A stretch of DNA of 29,489 bases from a virus (lineage: Duplodnaviria > Caudoviricetes), in IMG/VR virus record IMGVR_UViG_3300017655_000018, positions 1 to 29,489 of that record; one strand, written 5' to 3'. Positions 24,050 through 29,489 of this stretch are shown here, piece by piece (position 1 is the stretch's first letter; each line of letters begins with the position of its first letter). A program made the position numbers and the translations under genes. The notes beneath the pieces were generated by a model. The model had not been told where the DNA came from and ran no database searches. It saw only the letters and a list, made by a program, of their open reading frames with translations.

Positions 24050-24510
24050 CCTCCCCCGTATCCGCAATAGAGGTCATAGAAAAGGCAATGGAAGGCGTGA
24101 CGAACAAGGTCACGTGGTCCGTCGAAGGTTTCGATGACGCCACCGGGCAGGTGAATGTCGTTGGCGACGGCTTCTTCATTGCCGGTGTAATCGCCAACCA
24201 GCCTGACCAGGAAGCGACCGCCACGTACATCGCCGCCTGCAACCCTGTCGCCATGCGGGAAGTCCTCGCCCTCGCCCGCCAGGCAGAGGCGTTGCAGCGG
24301 GAGAATGCGGAGAAGGATGCCAGGATAGCGGCGCTCGAAGCTGGCATCCGTCCATTTTCCAAGTTCGCTGGCGTCGTCTTCGAGCGAAACTTCAACAGCA
24401 GCGATCCGGTCGACACGATGACGGCCACGGACGGCGCTGTCTCGACGCTCTATGCGCGCGACTTCTTCAGCGCCCGCGCACTACTCGGAGAATCTGAAAA
24501 TGCAGAGTGA
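24046..24510 (+). CDS. Ead/Ea22-like protein
   Basis: ATYIAACNPVAMREVL followed by coiled coil. Confidence 0.65.
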   Translation: MTSPVSAIEVIEKAMEGVTNKVTWSVEGFDDATGQVNVVGDGFFIAGVIANQPDQEATATYIAACNPVAMREVLALARQAEALQRENAEKDARIAALEAGIRPFSKFAGVVFERNFNSSDPVDTMTATDGAVSTLYARDFFSARALLGESENAE

Positions 24511-25474
24511 ACTCAAGCCCTGCCCGTTCTGTGGTGGCGTCGATATCAAACGTGAAGATGACGGCTACGAGGAATGGCTAAAGTGCGGCCATTGCAGCGC
24601 CGCCGGCCCGTACACGGCCGAGGATGCGGAACAAGGTATTGGTCTTGTCGCCGCCTGGAACCGTCGCGTCACCCTATCCGATCAAGAGCGGGCGGTAGAG
24701 GTGAAGGGGCTGGAGTGGCGGCAAGGGTATCGAGACGCCGGATGCAGCATCGTGCAGGCATCAACGTTCCCATTCTATCAAATCCGGCAGCTTGACGACG
24801 TCATCTGGTTGGATATCGACAACCATCAGGCCATCTACCCCTCCGTCGACGCCGCCCAAGCCGCCGCTCACGCCGACTACGAACAGCGCATCCGCTCCGC
24901 CCTTGTCGATGTGCCGGTAGAGCCGGTGGCGAGCGTTCCCGTGGGATGGGTGCTTGTGCCTATCAACCCGAGCGGCGAAATGGTCGCGGCGGGTGGTAGC
25001 TGGTCGGCTCTCCCCGGGCAGACGTGGGCGGACATGATCGATGCCGCCCCAATCGGCCCAACACCGCCGCACCATAAGAGCACAGAGAAGCCTGTAGCGC
25101 TGATCGAGCGAGAGGCCCTTGCCGAACTCCAAAAACACAAGACGGCGACTGGAACGGTTTGCAGCCCCCAGTTCAAGAGCAAGTTTGGCGACAAGGTTCC
25201 CCTCTACACCCACCCACCCCATAGAGAAGGAGAGGACAGCGCGGAGGTGATCGAGGAAGGCGCGAAAATCCTCGCAAAGTGGATCGGCTACGCTTGGGAC
25301 GGCCTCTCCGACCGCGATATTTCCGCCGAGTGTAAGGATTGGGCTTACAACGGCATCGGCGCCCTCGGAATGCAGGGGGGAAAACCGGCGCTCCGCAAGG
25401 TCGCGGCTTCAGTCCTCGCCCTCGCCGCCACGCGCAGCGGTTCCGCCACAGGTCAGAAGGGGTGCGAGCCGTGA
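24500..25474 (+). CDS. Lar-family restriction-alleviation domain fused to mosaic C-terminal domains
   Basis: LKPCPFCGG...CGHC...AWNRR; 324 aa. Confidence 0.78.
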   Translation: MQSELKPCPFCGGVDIKREDDGYEEWLKCGHCSAAGPYTAEDAEQGIGLVAAWNRRVTLSDQERAVEVKGLEWRQGYRDAGCSIVQASTFPFYQIRQLDDVIWLDIDNHQAIYPSVDAAQAAAHADYEQRIRSALVDVPVEPVASVPVGWVLVPINPSGEMVAAGGSWSALPGQTWADMIDAAPIGPTPPHHKSTEKPVALIEREALAELQKHKTATGTVCSPQFKSKFGDKVPLYTHPPHREGEDSAEVIEEGAKILAKWIGYAWDGLSDRDISAECKDWAYNGIGALGMQGGKPALRKVAASVLALAATRSGSATGQKGCEP

Positions 25475-25692
25475 CCCAGCGGATCGACCTCGAATACCAG
25501 GTCGCAGAGCTTTTCCGTCTGAAGATGGAAGAGTTCGCCGACTGGTGTGCCGAGAATTGGACCGTCACCGAACTCCAAGCCCAAGCCGACAACGTTTTTG
25601 ACGCGAAGCCAGCAGGCTATCGCGAGGGATACAACGCAGCAGTCGAAGGCCTGCGAGGCGCGATTGACTGCTTTCTAGAGGAAAAGCCATGA
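25471..25692 (+). CDS. Hypothetical protein (73 aa, GTG start)
   Basis: GTGA and ATGA coupling. Confidence 0.65.
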   Translation: MTQRIDLEYQVAELFRLKMEEFADWCAENWTVTELQAQADNVFDAKPAGYREGYNAAVEGLRGAIDCFLEEKP

Positions 25693-26144
25693 GCCGCATC
25701 TATCTCGCATCCAGTTGGCGCAACCCGTACCAGCCCGACGCCGTCGCTATGCTCCGTGCAGCCGGTCATGAGGTCTATGATTTTCGCAATCCGCCGAACG
25801 GCGTGAAGGGCTTCGCTTGGTCGGAGATCGATCCGGACTGGTTGGGCTGGAAGGCGGAGACATATCGCGATCTCCTTACCACGCACCCCATCGCCTCGCG
25901 CGGCTACCTAAACGACTTCCGGGGCATGGAATGGGCGGATACCTGCGTCCTGCTCTTGCCGTGCGGCCGGTCGGCGCACCTTGAAGCAGGATGGTTTGCC
26001 GGTCGCGGCAAGCGCCTGATCATCTGGACCCGCGATGGCGAAGAGCCCGAGCTGATGGCGCTCATGGCGAACGCGATTTGCGTCAACGGGGACGAAGTGC
26101 TGCGCGCGCTCGACGGCCAACCCATCGTAGGAGCCGCCGCATGA
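25689..26144 (+). CDS. Nucleoside 2-deoxyribosyltransferase-like protein
   Basis: RIYLAS, D....AD.CVL, GRSAHLEAGW..G.GK. Confidence 0.7.
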   Translation: MSRIYLASSWRNPYQPDAVAMLRAAGHEVYDFRNPPNGVKGFAWSEIDPDWLGWKAETYRDLLTTHPIASRGYLNDFRGMEWADTCVLLLPCGRSAHLEAGWFAGRGKRLIIWTRDGEEPELMALMANAICVNGDEVLRALDGQPIVGAAA

Positions 26145-26175
26145 CCACCACCAGCAAACCAAAAGGCGGTGCTGA

Positions 26176-26706
26176 ATGAACGCGCGCCCCGTCCTTGATG
26201 CCTGCTGCGGAAGCCGAATGTTCTGGTTCGACCGGGCAGATGAGCGTGCCGTTTTCGGCGATATCCGGCACGAGCGGCACGAGCTGGCCGACAGGTCCAG
26301 CACCGGCGGGAGCCGAAGCCTTATCATCGAGCCCGATCAGGTTCTCGACTTCCGCAACCTGCCGTTCGCCGATGACCATTTCCACCTTGTTGTCTTCGAT
26401 CCCCCACACCTGATCCAGAACGGTTCCAAAGGCTGGCTGGCGAAGAAATACGGCAAACTCGGATCCGACTGGCGAGATGATCTCAGCGCCGGCTTCTCTG
26501 AATGCTTCCGCGTCCTTCGTCCGCTCGGGACGCTGGTTTTCAAATGGAACGAACATGAGGTGAAGGTGTCGGAGATCCTGAAACTGACCGACCAGAAGCC
26601 GCTTTTCGGCAACCGCTGCGGCAAGAACGCAAAATCGCATTGGATCGTTTTCATGAAACCGTCCGGCTCTGACACCACTTCATCGAAGGACGCGGCCGAT
26701 GCTTAG
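26176..26706 (+). CDS. Class I SAM-dependent (amino-)methyltransferase
   Basis: VLDACCGSRMFW, VVFDPPH, FRVLRP.G. Confidence 0.88.
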   Translation: MNARPVLDACCGSRMFWFDRADERAVFGDIRHERHELADRSSTGGSRSLIIEPDQVLDFRNLPFADDHFHLVVFDPPHLIQNGSKGWLAKKYGKLGSDWRDDLSAGFSECFRVLRPLGTLVFKWNEHEVKVSEILKLTDQKPLFGNRCGKNAKSHWIVFMKPSGSDTTSSKDAADA

Positions 26707-26900
26707 TTCGGTCTTTCGTTTTCGTCACCCATGCGCGCCCGTTGCTCTATCCGCACAGCTTCGACAAACATCAGAAGCGCGGCGGGGCCCGAGACACTTT
26801 GAATCTCGGCGGAGGCTGCCATCTGCGCCGCAATGCGGCAGGCCAGAGCAAGACCTTCACCAATCGCATCGTCAATCATCTTTTCGAGGTCGTAGGTCAT
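26703..26900 (-). CDS. Counter-oriented hypothetical protein (65 aa)
   Basis: Fills gap between plus-strand genes; protein-like composition; no RBS. Confidence 0.5.
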   Translation of the reverse strand: MTYDLEKMIDDAIGEGLALACRIAAQMAASAEIQSVSGPAALLMFVEAVRIEQRARMGDENERPN

Positions 26901-26959
26901 GAAGCCAGTAAAGCAGCAAACGCCTGATTTTTACACCAACGTATCTTCCGGAGGCGAGC

Positions 26960-27454
26960 ATGGCTGACCGCCTCACAAGATGCGCGGCCTGCGACGGCCG
27001 CGGCTATCACCGCTGCGAGTGCTGGCCGGGTGACTGCATATGCGGTTGGGACGATCAGGATTGCGAGGAATGCGGCGGCGAAGGCTGGATCGACCCGAGC
27101 TATGACTATCCTGACGGACCGTGGACGCCGGAAGAATGGCGGGAAGTATGCACAAAGGCGGAGAAGGAGGCAGAAGCTGCCGGTCTCAAGGATGTTCCTC
27201 CAGATGCAAGGGATGCAGAGATAGCAAGACTGAGGGAGGCGTTGCACGCAATAGCTGACGACGCATCCGTCCCGCAGCAGATGTATGACCGGAACGGTCC
27301 ACAATGGACTTCCCCGCAAGGAAACGAATACGAGGACACCAGCGCACATCTCGCCAAGTGCAATGAGATTGCCGAGCAGGCTCGCGCCGCCATAACCACA
27401 ACTGGAACCGTCCCCTCCTCCCGCAACGCACTTTCTGGAGGAGAAGGAGAATGA
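26960..27454 (+). CDS. Cys-rich (DnaJ-zinc-finger-like) phage protein
   Basis: CAACDGRG...CEECGGEG; GGAGG RBS. Confidence 0.7.
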   Translation: MADRLTRCAACDGRGYHRCECWPGDCICGWDDQDCEECGGEGWIDPSYDYPDGPWTPEEWREVCTKAEKEAEAAGLKDVPPDARDAEIARLREALHAIADDASVPQQMYDRNGPQWTSPQGNEYEDTSAHLAKCNEIAEQARAAITTTGTVPSSRNALSGGEGE

Positions 27455-27666
27455 AGCTGACCAGCCTAGAGGAAGAATTTATTGCGGAAATGGCAGCTGA
27501 ACCCGGCTCAGATAACGAGTGGGCGAATTTCGACCCACCCTTTGTGCGCAAGGCATATGACCGTTTCGTCCGCAAAGGCTGGCTGGAATACAGAGGCGAC
27601 GGACAGAACAGGGACTTCAGGTGGACAGCCGCCGGCCGCAACGCACTGGATAAGGAGCGGGGATGA
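27451..27666 (+). CDS. Small winged-helix-like protein (71 aa)
   Basis: RKGWLE...WTAAGRNAL; coupled. Confidence 0.65.
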   Translation: MKLTSLEEEFIAEMAAEPGSDNEWANFDPPFVRKAYDRFVRKGWLEYRGDGQNRDFRWTAAGRNALDKERG

Positions 27667-27908
27667 CTGCGAAGAACGCACTTTTCGTCACGGAAGCTCA
27701 ACTCGCCGAGCGCATGGGCCTGCCGACGCTGAAGCTGCAGGAGTTGTTGCCGACGATCACCAAGGCGGGCTTTCCTGCGCCAGACCCTCTGTTCGAAAAC
27801 CGCCGCTACTGGCCCGCCTGTCAGGCGTTCCTTGATCGCCGCTACGGACTCACCTCACAATCGCCTCAGGCCATTCCCGGCCTTGATGGAGAAGAGCGAT
27901 GGAATTGA
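27663..27908 (+). CDS. Excisionase-like HTH protein
   Basis: VTEAQLAERMG...GFPAPDP...RRYWPA; directly before integrase. Confidence 0.7.
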   Translation: MTAKNALFVTEAQLAERMGLPTLKLQELLPTITKAGFPAPDPLFENRRYWPACQAFLDRRYGLTSQSPQAIPGLDGEERWN

Positions 27909-29173
27909 AAGCTCCAGGCCTGAAAACCAGGCCAAGGGCAGACGGATCGACTGCCTATTACTGGGTGGCGTCGGCCGTTTCCCGCGATGCAGCAGGATAC
28001 CCGCAGAAGACAGTTCGAGTTCATGGCACCGGGGACGAGATCGCCGCCCACTGCCGGCGCCTGACGGGCGAATTGAAGGAATGGCTTAGCCGAAAGGGCA
28101 TTGGCAACCGCGTCCAGTACGACGGGACCCTCAAGTCTGTCATCAACCTTTATCGCCAGACCAAGGAGAGCCCGTACTTCAGCGTGAAGAGCAACACCCG
28201 GGCGATGTACGACGAAAGCCTCGACCTTCTGGAGAAGTCCGTCGGCAGTCGTAGGCTTGAGAAATTGAACGGCCTCGACTTCAAGCGTTGGCATTCCAAT
28301 CTCAAAGAGCCGGCAGCAGACACCGAGAAGCAGGCGCAAGCGCGCGCGGAGGCGGCACGGGAAGGCATCACCTTGCCACCGAACCCGGAGCGTCCGCGGC
28401 GTGCCTACAAGGCGATGCAGCTCCTACGGATCGTTATCAAGTTCGGCGTGGTCCTCGACATCAAGGAATGCTTCCGCCTCGCCACCATTCTTGAGAACCT
28501 GGAGTTCAGCGCACCGAAGGCACGGAAAGAGCGGATCACGTTCGAGCAGACGCAGGCGATCTGCCAGAAGGCCATCGCCATGGGACGAGTTTCGATAGCT
28601 CTCGCCCAGGCACTGGAGTTCGAGCTCACCCTCCGCCAGATCGACGTGATCGGCCGATGGGAAAACATCGAGGGCGAGAACTTCGGCGGTATAGTAGATC
28701 GCGGCCGGCAATGGCGCGATGGCTTGCTCTGGTCTCATCTCGACGAGCACGGCATCCTCACCAAGACGACGAGCAAGGTTGACGATGTCGTCGCCGAGCA
28801 TGACACCATGGCCTATCCGTTCTTGCGTAGCATCATCGACATGATCCCGGTGGGCCAGAGGATCGGGCCGATGATCAAGAGCGAAACGACGGGCCTCCCA
28901 TACAAGTACCGGAAGTTTGCCCAGTATTGGCGGCAAATTGCGACAGAAGCCGGGGTGCCCGAAAACGTCTGGAACCGCGATAGCCGCGCCGGCGGCGTGA
29001 CAGAAGGGTCAGATGCTGGCGCCGATATCGAGCATCTGAGGCACCACGCGAACCACAAGAACGCCGCAACAACGCAGCGCTATAACCGGAAAACGATCGA
29101 AAAAACTCGCGCCGTTGCCCATCTTCGAATCGCGAAGCGCAATGCCGGGAACGGATCGGATACAGGCGCGTAG
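27899..29173 (+). CDS. int: Tyrosine integrase
   Basis: LRQID (R), RDSR (HxxR variant), HANH...TTQRY; adjacent to tRNA. Confidence 0.9.
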   Translation: MELKAPGLKTRPRADGSTAYYWVASAVSRDAAGYPQKTVRVHGTGDEIAAHCRRLTGELKEWLSRKGIGNRVQYDGTLKSVINLYRQTKESPYFSVKSNTRAMYDESLDLLEKSVGSRRLEKLNGLDFKRWHSNLKEPAADTEKQAQARAEAAREGITLPPNPERPRRAYKAMQLLRIVIKFGVVLDIKECFRLATILENLEFSAPKARKERITFEQTQAICQKAIAMGRVSIALAQALEFELTLRQIDVIGRWENIEGENFGGIVDRGRQWRDGLLWSHLDEHGILTKTTSKVDDVVAEHDTMAYPFLRSIIDMIPVGQRIGPMIKSETTGLPYKYRKFAQYWRQIATEAGVPENVWNRDSRAGGVTEGSDAGADIEHLRHHANHKNAATTQRYNRKTIEKTRAVAHLRIAKRNAGNGSDTGA

Positions 29174-29222
29174 GAACGCCTGTCGGAACAGTAGGAATGC
29201 ACGATAGACTAACAGATTGATT
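29170..29222. promoter_or_regulatory. att arm: integrase arm-type repeats and IHF site
   Basis: GTAGGAAC (29170), GTCGGAAC (29182), GTAGGAAT (29191); AATCAATCTGTTA on minus strand (29210-29222) matches WATCAANNNNTTR. Confidence 0.7.
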
Positions 29223-29226
29223 TTAT

Positions 29227-29303
29227 TGGTGATCCCGCCGCGATTCGAACGCGGGACCCCCAGATTAGGAATCTGGTGCTCTATCCTGCTGAGCTACGGG
29301 ACC
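29227..29303 (-). tRNA. tRNA-Arg(CCT), prophage attachment site
   Basis: 77-nt cloverleaf GGTCCCG...CCAGA-TTCCTAA-TCTGG...TTCGAAT...CGGGATCACCA. Confidence 0.97.
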
Positions 29304-29462
29304 ACTGACTGCACCCATACAAAAGCCGCGCGCCTAAGCCAAGCGATTTTCGGTGCCCTTGTGCCGAGTTCCCTGCGGAACAGCCCGGCGGGCGGGATCG
29401 TGAGACATTCGGGTCATCGGATGGAGATGGCTCCATCCCCTGAACCCAGAGGAGAATGTCCC

Positions 29463-29489
29463 ATGCGCAAGTTCATCCTGTCCGCTGCC
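29463..29489 (+). CDS. Start of host exported protein (partial)
   Basis: AGGAG RBS; MRKFILSAA signal-peptide-like start. Confidence 0.55.

Larger units (their letters stand above)
1..29226. mobile_element. Prophage (temperate, BPP-1-like podoviral head module, lambdoid control region); left end outside window
   Basis: Ordered capsid/portal/terminase, replication, cI/cro, recombination, xis and int genes ending at the 3' end of a tRNA. Confidence 0.96.

Noticed and set aside
1-29489. Diversity-generating retroelement or retron expected from BPP-1 similarity
   Set aside because: No reverse-transcriptase motifs or TR/VR pair seen in this window

Overview
This window is the right-hand ~29 kb of a temperate alphaproteobacterial (rhizobial-type) prophage integrated at a tRNA-Arg(CCT) gene (29227-29303, minus strand). 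From left to right it contains: (1) a BPP-1-like podoviral head/packaging module on the minus strand (cement, major capsid, scaffold, portal, TerL, probable TerS); (2) a small divergent plus-strand island with an XRE regulator and a probable LexA-controlled operon; (3) a minus-strand early/replication operon (Rep with iterons, HNH, two methyltransferases, phage GcrA and GapR, CII-like, Cro-like); (4) a lambdoid switch (S24 CI repressor, five TGGG-N6-CCCA operators); (5) a plus-strand early operon (RecE-like exonuclease, ISL3-like insertion, PAPS-reductase-like protein, Sak4-like ATPase, Lar fusion, NDT-like protein, third methyltransferase, Xis, integrase). Tail and lysis genes lie outside the window. 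The most notable signals are an atypical ISL3-like element whose removal restores a phage gene, phased GGGGTGGTTA repeats upstream of the late operon, GANTC clusters beside the switch in a phage that encodes GcrA and GapR, a permuted papain-like protein in the head module, and a heavy load of DNA-modification-type genes. All calls come from reading motifs by eye; no database searches were run.
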